A stretch of DNA of 64,000 bases from Oscillospiraceae bacterium (GTDB taxonomy: Bacteria; Bacillota; Clostridia; Oscillospirales; QAMX01). The stretch covers positions 777 through 64,776 of the forward strand of contig SVLQ01000008.1 in assembly GCA_015067825.1 (NCBI GenBank). Direction: 5' to 3'. Below the pieces are notes generated by a model. The model saw only the letters and a program-made list of their open reading frames with translations, made no database searches and had not been told where the DNA came from. A program made the position numbers and the translations under genes. Positions 1-8,172 of the stretch are shown piece after piece (the first letter of the stretch is position 1; each line of letters opens with the position of its first letter).

Positions 1-17
1 TGTACGGAGGAACGAGT

Positions 18-506
18 ATGGATTACAAGATCATCGGAAAAGATGCGTTTTTCGTACTGGAAAAGGCGGAAACACATTCGACCGAAAATGACACCAACAA
101 AACGAGTATCCCGGACTTCTGGACGCGTTCGCACCGCAACGGCACGGTAAAGATGCTCTCTTGCCTGTCTGCCGATCCCGGCCGCATCTTCGGGATTTGC
201 TATGCCGGGGAGGCCGGCGGCGAAGCGTTCGAGTATGCGATCGCGGCCCCTTGCGGGGAAGATGCGCCGACACCGACGGGCTTCCGCAAACGCCGTATCC
301 CCGCGCGCACGTGGGCGGTGTTTGCCTGCAAAGGGGCGATGCCGGCGGCGATCCAGACGCTGTGGCAGCGGATTGTGACCGAGTTTTTTGACACTTCGGG
401 GTACGAGCCGACCTGTGAGATGGATATTGAGGTCTACACCGACGGCGATATGAGCAGCCCGACGTACGAGAGCGAGATCTGGGTACCGGTGAGGCAAAAA
501 AACTGA
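18..506 (+). CDS. GyrI-like / AraC-type effector-binding domain protein
   Basis: 162-aa ORF with GGAGG about 7 nt upstream of the ATG. This small single-domain protein resembles GyrI-like small-molecule-binding proteins. A hairpin terminator follows. Confidence 0.55.
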   Translation: MDYKIIGKDAFFVLEKAETHSTENDTNKTSIPDFWTRSHRNGTVKMLSCLSADPGRIFGICYAGEAGGEAFEYAIAAPCGEDAPTPTGFRKRRIPARTWAVFACKGAMPAAIQTLWQRIVTEFFDTSGYEPTCEMDIEVYTDGDMSSPTYESEIWVPVRQKN

Positions 507-536
507 ACGACCGCAGAGAAAACAAATTGTTCTCGG

Positions 537-566
537 GAGCCGCATCCAAACGGATGCGGCTCTTTT
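537..566 (+). terminator. Intrinsic terminator
   Basis: gagccgcatcc-aaac-ggatgcggctc hairpin followed by TTTT. Confidence 0.6.
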
Positions 567-687
567 GGCGTTTTGTTGCGCGGCGAGAATATCGGGCGGG
601 AACCCCGTCGCCTACTTGTATCCGAAACGCTGCTGTGCTATAATAGACGCAGCCACCGCGATCATTTGATAAGGATAGGTGACCGCT

Positions 688-2223
688 ATGTATTCTGTTC
701 TGAAAACACCCGATGCGATCCGCGTGATCTGCCAAGATCCCACGCAAAACGACGTTTCAGTCGATTTCACACCCGCACCCGGCGCGCTGAAGGTCTCGGT
801 CACGGCGAAATCCGCCGAGCCGCGCTTTGTTTTGTTGCGCTGGAATTACCGCGTCGACGGCCCGGTGCGCATTCTGGGCGATGCGTGGGAGCGCTCGTAC
901 GGCACGCTTGCATGGCGCGGGATCGAACCCGAACGTATCCTGCCGTGGTATTTCCTGATGGACAGCCCCGACGGCGTGTTCGCCTTCGGTGTGGCCGTGC
1001 GTCCGAGCGCGATGTGCCATTGGCTCTGTGACCGCGAGGGCGTCACGCTCGTGCTCGATGTCCGCTGTGGCAACGTCGGCGTCGTGCTCGACGGCCGGAC
1101 GCTGGAGGCCGCGACGATTTTGTACCGCGCGTACGGCGATCGCGAAGCCTTCGACGCCGCCGACAATTTCTGCGCGGCGATGTCGCCCAGCCCGCTGGCG
1201 ATCCCTGCCCCTGTCTACGGCGCGAATAACTGGTACTACGCCTACGGCAAGAGCTCGCACGCCGAGATCCTCTCCGACTCCGCCTATATTTCCCGCCTCG
1301 CCGGCGGTCTTTCCAACCGCCCGTACATGGTTGCCGACGACGGCTGGCAGCCCAATGGCTGCTGCGGCCCGTGGGATCGCGGCAACGAACGTTTCCCGGA
1401 TATGCCGCGCCTGATCCGCGAAATGAAGGAGACCGGCGTCAAGCCCGGCCTCTGGATCCGCCCGCTGCACGATGCAAGCGAAAAGTTTACCGCCGAACAC
1501 AAGGTGCGCGGCGAAGCGCGCACGCTCGACCCGACCCACCCCGACGTGCTCGCCGACGTGGAAGCCACGCTCCGTCGCCTAGCCGATTGGGGCTGCGAGA
1601 TCGTCAAGCACGATTTCTCGTCGTTCGATACCACCGGTCTGTGGGGCAAAGACGCATTCCGCCGCTTCGCCCCCGAACGCACGCCGTGGCATTTCTACGA
1701 CCGCACGGTGACGACCGCCGAGGCGCTCGTCACGCTCTATTCGCGCATCCTCGCCGCCGCCGGCGATATGGTCATCATCGGCTGCAACTGCGTCAACCAC
1801 CTCACCGCCGGACTGGCGCACTTAAACCGCACCGGCGACGACACCAGCGGCCGCGATTGGGAGCGCACGCGCTTCATGGGCGTCAACACGCTCGCCTTCC
1901 GCCTGCCGCAGCACCGCCACTTCTTCGAGATCGACGCCGACTGTGTGGGCATCACCGCTTCGGTCCCGTGGGAGAAAAACCGTCTGTGGCTCGACCTGCT
2001 GGCCAAGAGCAGCACGCCGCTGTTCCTCTCGTGCAAGCAGAGCGATATCACGCCGGCGATGGAGGCCGATATTGCCACCGCACTTGCCCTCGCCGCCGAG
2101 CAGAAGGATTCGCTCCGTCCGCTCGACTGGATGGAGACGTCGACGCCGGCAAAGTGGTCGTATAACGGCGAGACGATCGAGTACGCCTGGTCGGACGACT
2201 TCGGTGCGTTTGAACTGGTGTGA
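688..2223 (+). CDS. alpha-galactosidase-like glycoside hydrolase (GH27/GH36 clan)
   Basis: ORF 679-2223. ATG 688 is preferred over GTG 679. MVADDGWQ and KPGLWIRP motifs are typical of melibiase-type TIM barrels. Confidence 0.6.
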   Translation: MYSVLKTPDAIRVICQDPTQNDVSVDFTPAPGALKVSVTAKSAEPRFVLLRWNYRVDGPVRILGDAWERSYGTLAWRGIEPERILPWYFLMDSPDGVFAFGVAVRPSAMCHWLCDREGVTLVLDVRCGNVGVVLDGRTLEAATILYRAYGDREAFDAADNFCAAMSPSPLAIPAPVYGANNWYYAYGKSSHAEILSDSAYISRLAGGLSNRPYMVADDGWQPNGCCGPWDRGNERFPDMPRLIREMKETGVKPGLWIRPLHDASEKFTAEHKVRGEARTLDPTHPDVLADVEATLRRLADWGCEIVKHDFSSFDTTGLWGKDAFRRFAPERTPWHFYDRTVTTAEALVTLYSRILAAAGDMVIIGCNCVNHLTAGLAHLNRTGDDTSGRDWERTRFMGVNTLAFRLPQHRHFFEIDADCVGITASVPWEKNRLWLDLLAKSSTPLFLSCKQSDITPAMEADIATALALAAEQKDSLRPLDWMETSTPAKWSYNGETIEYAWSDDFGAFELV

Positions 2224-2250
2224 TTTATCGTATTCCGCATATATATGGGA

Positions 2251-2287
2251 AACATCGGCAGAATTTACAATTCTGCCGATGTTTTTG
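2251..2287 (+). terminator. Intrinsic terminator
   Basis: aacatcggcagaatt-tac-aattctgccgatgtt hairpin followed by a T-run. Confidence 0.75.
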
Positions 2288-2379
2288 CTTGTATTTTAGC
2301 GAATTCTGTGGTAAGATATAAGTGGTAAAACAGAAGGATTGCCGCATTTTGTGTGCGACTGAGATACAAGGTGATTTTG

Positions 2380-3495
2380 ATGAAACGATTGTCGGCAGTA
2401 ATGCTTGTCATAGCGCTACTCGCTTCTCTCGTGGCGGGCTGCGGAGCCGAAGAACCCGCCGCAAGCACAGCGGCGACCCAGACGACAACTGCGACCGTCC
2501 CGCCGCAAACCTCGGCAACAACGGTTGCGACCTCGGCTGTGACCACTACCGCAACGACTGCGGCAACGGATGCAGCCTCGGATTCGTCGACGGCTCAAAC
2601 TACAACGACTGCGCAGACAACCTCGCCGGTTGCCCTCAATTCGGCGACGCTGTACATCCCGTTCGACCTCTCCGAGCCCGATGCCTTTGCGCTGCCCTAC
2701 ACCGGAACGCTCGATGTGCCGATTTTGTTGTCGGGGATCGCAAGCCTGACGGGCTGGAACTGCGATGTGACGAAGGTCGATATCTTCAGCGGCACGGCGC
2801 GCATCGATCTCGCACCCACCTCACTGCCCTTTGCCTACGACACGCATATGCCCAACGAAACGTTTTTCCTGCCGACCTATGCCGATACGGTGTTTCTTTT
2901 CCTCGACAGCATTGCCCAAACGCTGACGCAGAATCTCAACCTCAGCGGCGTGATCTTCACGCAGGACGGCGGCCAACCGCTGACGCTCGAACGGCTTTAT
3001 ACCTCCGTTGAGCTCTTCCCGGCGGACACGATCTACCGTGGCAGTGCCTATTACCGTGCGCTGCTCCTCGACGATCCGTACAGCAACACCAGCGGCTATC
3101 CGATGCTGCAGCTGGCCGGCGGCATGACCATCCTCTATCCCAACGGATTTTCGGTGGAAAACGAGACCGATACCGAGGTTTTGGTGTCGGCAGAGGATCG
3201 TGTGTTCATCACATACCGTGCGTATCCGCTTGCAGATGAGGCACTGGTTGCGTCCGAAAAGAAGATGTCCGAATGGGCAATGACGTTCAGCGCGGTGGAG
3301 GAGCAGTCTTTTGATGAAGTCGGCTACCTTGTCCGCGGCACGATCGGGCCCTACCGGGTGTGCGTTTGCGGCTATATGGCGCCGATCAAAGCGCAGTATT
3401 TTGAGGTCATGTTCATGTACGAGCCGGATGTGGATTTCGTCGACATGGAAAAGGTGATCGCGGATCTTTCCTACGCACTCACAAAGTATAACTAA
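2380..3495 (+). CDS. lipoprotein with Thr/Ala-rich linker, unknown function
   Basis: ORF 2353-3495 trimmed to MKRLSAVMLVIALLASLVAGC (signal peptide plus lipobox). About 55 aa of T/A-rich low-complexity linker. No recognisable catalytic motif. Confidence 0.7.
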   Translation: MKRLSAVMLVIALLASLVAGCGAEEPAASTAATQTTTATVPPQTSATTVATSAVTTTATTAATDAASDSSTAQTTTTAQTTSPVALNSATLYIPFDLSEPDAFALPYTGTLDVPILLSGIASLTGWNCDVTKVDIFSGTARIDLAPTSLPFAYDTHMPNETFFLPTYADTVFLFLDSIAQTLTQNLNLSGVIFTQDGGQPLTLERLYTSVELFPADTIYRGSAYYRALLLDDPYSNTSGYPMLQLAGGMTILYPNGFSVENETDTEVLVSAEDRVFITYRAYPLADEALVASEKKMSEWAMTFSAVEEQSFDEVGYLVRGTIGPYRVCVCGYMAPIKAQYFEVMFMYEPDVDFVDMEKVIADLSYALTKYN

Positions 3496-3540
3496 AGTCA
3501 AAAGGGTAGACAAAGCGCAGAGTCCTTAGGGACTCTGCGC

Positions 3541-3690
3541 AGCGAAATAAATCCCTTACGGGATTTGTGAAATGCACTTCGTGCGTGAAATTCGCTTACA
3601 GCGAGTGAAATGCCTGCGGGCGTGAGGGGATTTATTTCATTTCCCGTCGAGCAGGGGGAGATATTTCACATTTTGCCAAGCCGAGAAAGA
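3541..3690. repeat. GTGAAAT-plus-hairpin array, copy 1 (partly degenerate)
   Basis: GTGAAAT at 3567, 3585 and 3605, with variant GTGAGGG at 3622. Spacers gcac-ttc-gtgc, tcgct-tac-agcga and gcc-tgcg-ggc are flush hairpins. Inverse heptamers ATTTCAT at 3634 and ATTTCAC at 3663. Confidence 0.6.
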
Positions 3691-3725
3691 AGGACGAAGA
3701 ATCTTAACCATTCTTCGTCCTTTTC
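3691..3725 (+). terminator. Intrinsic terminator
   Basis: aggacgaagaat-cttaacc-attcttcgtcct hairpin followed by TTTT. Confidence 0.65.
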
Positions 3726-3871
3726 CTGTTGATAGGTGTTCTTCAATTGGAGCAGGGATCCGCAACGCTGCCTTTTTGATTTTGCCGGTGGTGCGGCTCG
3801 GTTCCAAAGGGCGGATCCGCGTGTTTTCCCTCTTGCATTTCCCGCCGATCTGTGCTATCATATACGCAAGT

Positions 3872-4048
3872 CAACAATGTCTTCGGGGCAGGGTGAAACT
3901 CCCGACCGGCGGTATAGTCCGCGAGCGCTTTTGGCGCAGGATTTGGTGCGATTCCAAAACCGACAGTATAGTCTGGATGAAAGAAGACAAAACAGGCGTT
4001 TTCGTCGGTTTTTGCACCCGGAGCATCGTTGTTCCGGGTGTTTTTTGC
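3872..4048 (+). promoter_or_regulatory. FMN riboswitch (RFN element) with terminator expression platform
   Basis: Near-consensus RFN core: cttcggggcagggtgaaactcccgaccggcggtatagtccgcgagc ... ggatttggtgcgattccaaaaccgacagtatagtctggatgaaagaag. It is followed by the hairpin cacccggagcatcgttgttccgggtg plus TTTTTT (about 4012-4047), directly upstream of ribU. Confidence 0.9.
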
Positions 4049-4069
4049 GCCATCGAAAGGAGAACCGCT

Positions 4070-4729
4070 ATGCAAACCCAAAACCGAACCAAACAACTCG
4101 CCGTGCTCGCCATGCTTTCGGCGCTTGCCTATGTGGCCGTCGTCGTCTGCCGCATCCCCGTGGTGCTGTTTTTGAAATACGAACCCAAAGACGTCATCAT
4201 TACCCTCGGCGGCTTCCTCTACGGCCCGCTGGCGGCGGTCGCCGTCTCGGTCGTGACCGCCTTCGTCGAAATGTTCACGATCAGCGATACCGGCATCTGG
4301 GGGCTGCTGATGAATATTCTTTCCAGCTGTGCCTTCGCCGGAACGGCGTCGCTGATCTACCATCGCCGCCGCACGCTCTTAGGCGCGGCGATCGCGCTGA
4401 TCGCGGGAATTGCTGCCACTACGGCAATCATGCTCCTCTGGAACTACCTCGTCACACCGCTTTATATGAAGGTCCCGCGCGAAACGGTCGTCCAGCTGCT
4501 GATCCCGGCATTCCTGCCCTTTAACCTCCTCAAGGGAACGCTGAACGCCGCGCTTTTGATGCTTCTTTACCAGCCGGTCGTCACGGCGCTGCGCCGTGCC
4601 CGTCTGGTTCCGCCGTCGTCGGCGAAAAAAGCCGGCGTTGTCCGCACCTACGTTTCGGTCGCGGTCATCGCGCTGGTCGTGGTCGGCGGATGCGTGCTGG
4701 CCGTGCTTGCGATGCGCGGCGTGATCTGA
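4070..4729 (+). CDS. ribU: riboflavin transporter, ECF-type S component
   Basis: ORF 3776-4729 trimmed to ATG 4070, because the upstream part is the riboswitch. Multi-TM protein typical of RibU-family S components. FMN riboswitch lies immediately upstream. Confidence 0.8.
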   Translation: MQTQNRTKQLAVLAMLSALAYVAVVVCRIPVVLFLKYEPKDVIITLGGFLYGPLAAVAVSVVTAFVEMFTISDTGIWGLLMNILSSCAFAGTASLIYHRRRTLLGAAIALIAGIAATTAIMLLWNYLVTPLYMKVPRETVVQLLIPAFLPFNLLKGTLNAALLMLLYQPVVTALRRARLVPPSSAKKAGVVRTYVSVAVIALVVVGGCVLAVLAMRGVI

Positions 4730-4788
4730 GGATCCGCTGTTTGCGGGAGATCCTTGCGAAATAAAGCGCCGGACGCGGCGCTTTGTTC

Positions 4789-4817
4789 TTGCATAATTTC
4801 GAAAAGTATATTATAAT
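4789..4817 (+). promoter_or_regulatory. SigA-type promoter (TTGCAT-17-TATAAT)
   Basis: TTGCAT at 4789-4794, 17-nt spacer, TATAAT at 4812-4817, upstream of the GtrA-like gene. Confidence 0.55.
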
Positions 4818-4848
4818 GGAAGCAGAAACAGAAAAGAGGGGTGCTCCC

Positions 4849-5271
4849 ATGAAAAACAGCAAAGAACTGATCCGTTCGCTCAAGTTCGTCGCCTTTTCCG
4901 CCAGCGCCGGCGTGATCCAAGTCGCGTCGTTTACGCTGATGGAAGAACTGCTGCACTGGACGCACTGGGTCGCCTACCTGATTTCGCTGGTGCTGTCGGT
5001 TCTGTGGAACTTCACGCTCAACCGCAAATTCACCTTCTATTCCGCCGGCAACGTCCCGGTGGCGATGCTGAAGGTCGCCGTGTTCTATGCCGTGTTCACG
5101 CCGCTGTCGACGTGGTGGACGGCCGTTCTGACCGGCGAAAGTATCGGCTGGAACGAATATCTCGTGCTCGCCCTCACGATGGCGACCAATTTCGTCACGG
5201 AGTACCTCTACGACCGCTTTGTCGTCTTCGGCAAAACGCTCGATACCGCCAAAAAAGAATCTAAAAAGTAA
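4849..5271 (+). CDS. GtrA family membrane protein
   Basis: ORF 4783-5271 trimmed to ATG 4849 (AGAGGGG upstream). Four TM segments and the NRKFTF motif are typical of GtrA-like proteins. Confidence 0.75.
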   Translation: MKNSKELIRSLKFVAFSASAGVIQVASFTLMEELLHWTHWVAYLISLVLSVLWNFTLNRKFTFYSAGNVPVAMLKVAVFYAVFTPLSTWWTAVLTGESIGWNEYLVLALTMATNFVTEYLYDRFVVFGKTLDTAKKESKK

Positions 5272-5288
5272 GAAGGACTACTCAAACC

Positions 5289-6125
5289 ATGAAAAAACTG
5301 CTCTGCATGCTCCTGATCCTTGCCACCTTTGCCTCGCTTTTCGCCGGATGCGGCGTGTCGAAAACGCCGGAGAACGGCGAAAAAACGACCAAAGCGACCA
5401 CCAAAGCAACCTCCGACACCGACGAAGCCGATGTGAATCCCGGTGCGGTCACGACTGCCGCGACCACAGAATCGCTCCTTGGCAAAACGCTCGAAGCCCC
5501 CGAAGTGCTCGCGCATTACGCGGACTACAACGAGTTTACGATCACCGCCCGCATCACCGAAATTGTGCCCAACACCCCCGAGACCGCACATCTGATTGGC
5601 CATTTTGCCTACCGCAAAGCAGACGACGGCAGCGAATCGTATTACTATGCGCTGAAGTCCGACAGCGAGAACCTCGCGGAAGAGAATTTTGTCATTGAAC
5701 ATATCGCCTGCAAGGACGGCAACGGAGAGAGGATGTGGATCCGTCCGTCGGGTGATACGAATCTGTACCCGGTCGACAAGACCGATGACCCGCTGGCGTT
5801 TGACGGAATCGAAGATTTCCGCGGCATCATTGCGTATTATGGAATTGACTATGCGGAAGGCTTTGCCGGAGAGGCGTTTGTCAAGGGCGAGGACACCATG
5901 ATCGACGGCCGCCCGTGCTATACCTACGAGGCGAACCTGCGCCGCACCGTTGGCCAGCCGTGGAACTGCATGGTCGAAATTGCCGTCGACAAAGCGACGG
6001 GGCTTTGGCTGAAGATGGAAGGCAGCTATACGCTCGAGGGCTACGATGGCGAAGGCTATTTGCTCGAAGAGATCCTTACGTTTGAAGAAAACGCCGATAT
6101 CATCCCGGAGATCCCGGAATTTTAA
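5289..6125 (+). CDS. lipoprotein, unknown function
   Basis: MKKLLCMLLILATFASLFAGC signal peptide plus lipobox, with a Thr/Lys-rich linker. No recognised domain. Confidence 0.7.
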   Translation: MKKLLCMLLILATFASLFAGCGVSKTPENGEKTTKATTKATSDTDEADVNPGAVTTAATTESLLGKTLEAPEVLAHYADYNEFTITARITEIVPNTPETAHLIGHFAYRKADDGSESYYYALKSDSENLAEENFVIEHIACKDGNGERMWIRPSGDTNLYPVDKTDDPLAFDGIEDFRGIIAYYGIDYAEGFAGEAFVKGEDTMIDGRPCYTYEANLRRTVGQPWNCMVEIAVDKATGLWLKMEGSYTLEGYDGEGYLLEEILTFEENADIIPEIPEF

Positions 6126-6180
6126 GTGATGTTCCCGCTGCCGCCGCTGACGGCAGCGGGATTTTCCAAAGGAGCACGCT

Positions 6181-8100
6181 ATGAAACGTCTGATTTTTCT
6201 GCTCTTGACTGCGGTTTGCCTGTTTTCGGCCTGCGTCGACGAACAGCCACAGCAATCGTCCGCGTCTGCAACGACTGCGATAACGACAAAACCAAATAAG
6301 GAGACTGGGGAAGATATCATGCAGGTTTTGGTACTTTCTGTTACCGAGGGTGGACTTCCGACGGACCGCGACGCGGTTTTTACCCGCTTTGCGCATTACC
6401 GTGAGATCGGCGTGACCTGCGTGCGCATTGACACGGCGTGGGACAGCCCGCGCGAAGGCGTTTGGACGATGCGCGAACCTACGCAGACCTATCTGGCGGC
6501 AGCGCGCGAATACGGTCTGAAGCTCAAACTGATCCTGCCGACGGTTATGGCGCCGCCGGCGTGGCTTAGTGCGCAGGATGGCACGCGCCTCGAAGATCAA
6601 AACGGCCGCCTTTCGGTCAATACGGTCAGTTATTGGTATGACGGCATAACGGCGTATTCCGCCTCCGCGATCCGCACGCAGCTTGCGGCGATCGTTGACG
6701 GCGGCTGGAGCGACGTGGTTGGTGCGGTCGTCGTCGATATGGGTCCGGCGGGAGAGCCGCTCTATCCGCCGGCGTGGACACAAGTCGCCGACGGGCTTGA
6801 CAACGGCGGCGGTGAAGAGGTCATGTGGTGCTATGCCGCAAATGCACAGGCTGATTTCCGCGCAAAAATGGCGCAAAAATACGGCGATATCGCCGCCGCA
6901 AACGCCGCGTGGGGCACGAATTTTGCCGAGTTCTCCGCCGTGGCGGTTCCGCGCCCGGGCGAAGCCGCCGGCACGTTCTGGAGCGATACGCTTTCGTGGT
7001 ACTATGCGGCCAAGCGCGTGTTTATGGCCGCGCAGATCGATGTGTTTCAGGCCGCGCTGACGGAATTCGACCTCGCCGACCGTCCGCTGATTCTTTACCT
7101 GCCGGGGGCCGATTTCGCGGAGTCGCTATGGGAAACCAGCATTGCCAACGGAACGGCGCCCACGCAAATCAAGCTCGGCTGCGACAATCGTTTTGCCGCC
7201 GAGCTCGCCGCGCGCGAAGGATGCTTTTTGCAATACACGGGCATCAACGATGCCCATAGCTTGCGGCTGCTGCGCGAGTATATGTATGCATCCGGGCTGG
7301 GCGAGGTTCCCGTTCTCGGCGAAAACGCCGGCGACGCAAATTCTGCGTCCAGTCCGAAAGCATTGGCCGAAACGGTGATGGCGCAGAAACTCACCGGTAT
7401 TGACTATACGCACGCGCGCTGGCTCTACGAGGCCGACGGCGTGACGAAAAATGCGCGTTTTGCCGAATTTGCCGCTGTGATCCCCGTATTGCGGGCGTAT
7501 CTGGAAACGCTCGATCTCGCCGTCGCGCCGGATTTTGCCGGGGGAGCGGGTGTCGCCGCGCCGTCGGGCAATGTGCTGCGGTTGGATTTGCAGTTTGCGA
7601 AACCGGAAACCGAACCGGTTGCCTTCTGTTTTGTCCCGGTCAAAACGCTCCGCTTCACCATCGAAGCGGGGGATACGCTCGAATATGACGTGAAGCTCTC
7701 GGCCGATATGGCCGGGCTGGGAGCAATCGACGGAAGCTGCCGCAACGGCAAGACCCTGCGTGATAGCTTCCAAATGACAGATTCACTCGGTCAACGCGTC
7801 CACCCTAATGCCGACCTCAGCGACTATGCCTGGCCGGATTGGTCTCACCGCACGATCAACCTTGGCAATGCTCTTTCCGCAGGCGAAACGCTGACATCGC
7901 TGATGCTCGCGGCGCACCCCGAAGCCGCCGACGGCCCTTTCACGGAGATCGCCGTGACGGTTTGGTACGATAATATCGTGATCAAGCGCGGCGGCGAAGT
8001 CGTTTGCGAGATCTTCATCGACGGCGAAGGCTTTACCTGCCGTACCCCGTCGAATACGCAGTACGCTCAGGGCGAGCTGACGGTCGAACCGCTGTCGTAA
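6181..8100 (+). CDS. lipoprotein, putative TIM-barrel glycoside hydrolase with C-terminal beta-sandwich domain
   Basis: MKRLIFLLLTAVCLFSAC lipobox. The N-terminal part resembles GH42/GH5-like (beta/alpha)8 enzymes. Family not assignable by eye. Confidence 0.5.
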   Translation: MKRLIFLLLTAVCLFSACVDEQPQQSSASATTAITTKPNKETGEDIMQVLVLSVTEGGLPTDRDAVFTRFAHYREIGVTCVRIDTAWDSPREGVWTMREPTQTYLAAAREYGLKLKLILPTVMAPPAWLSAQDGTRLEDQNGRLSVNTVSYWYDGITAYSASAIRTQLAAIVDGGWSDVVGAVVVDMGPAGEPLYPPAWTQVADGLDNGGGEEVMWCYAANAQADFRAKMAQKYGDIAAANAAWGTNFAEFSAVAVPRPGEAAGTFWSDTLSWYYAAKRVFMAAQIDVFQAALTEFDLADRPLILYLPGADFAESLWETSIANGTAPTQIKLGCDNRFAAELAAREGCFLQYTGINDAHSLRLLREYMYASGLGEVPVLGENAGDANSASSPKALAETVMAQKLTGIDYTHARWLYEADGVTKNARFAEFAAVIPVLRAYLETLDLAVAPDFAGGAGVAAPSGNVLRLDLQFAKPETEPVAFCFVPVKTLRFTIEAGDTLEYDVKLSADMAGLGAIDGSCRNGKTLRDSFQMTDSLGQRVHPNADLSDYAWPDWSHRTINLGNALSAGETLTSLMLAAHPEAADGPFTEIAVTVWYDNIVIKRGGEVVCEIFIDGEGFTCRTPSNTQYAQGELTVEPLS

Positions 8101-8123
8101 GCGGCCTCCTTTTCATAAAAAAA

Positions 8124-8165
8124 TAACCCGGATACGGCGAGAAAACCGTATCCGGGTATTTTTTA
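8124..8165. terminator. Bidirectional intrinsic terminator
   Basis: taacccggatacgg-cgagaaaa-ccgtatccgggta hairpin flanked by an A-run and a T-run, between convergent genes. Confidence 0.75.
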
Positions 8166-8172
8166 TGCTTTT

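Noticed and set aside
2455-2640. Apparent DNA tandem repeat (acg/acc/gcg-rich) inside the first lipoprotein gene
   Set aside because: It is in frame and encodes the Thr/Ala-rich linker. This is low-complexity coding sequence rather than a non-coding repeat.
3776-4069. N-terminal 98 codons of the 317-aa ORF upstream of ribU
   Set aside because: This stretch is the FMN riboswitch and its terminator. The transporter homology and an RBS begin at ATG 4070.
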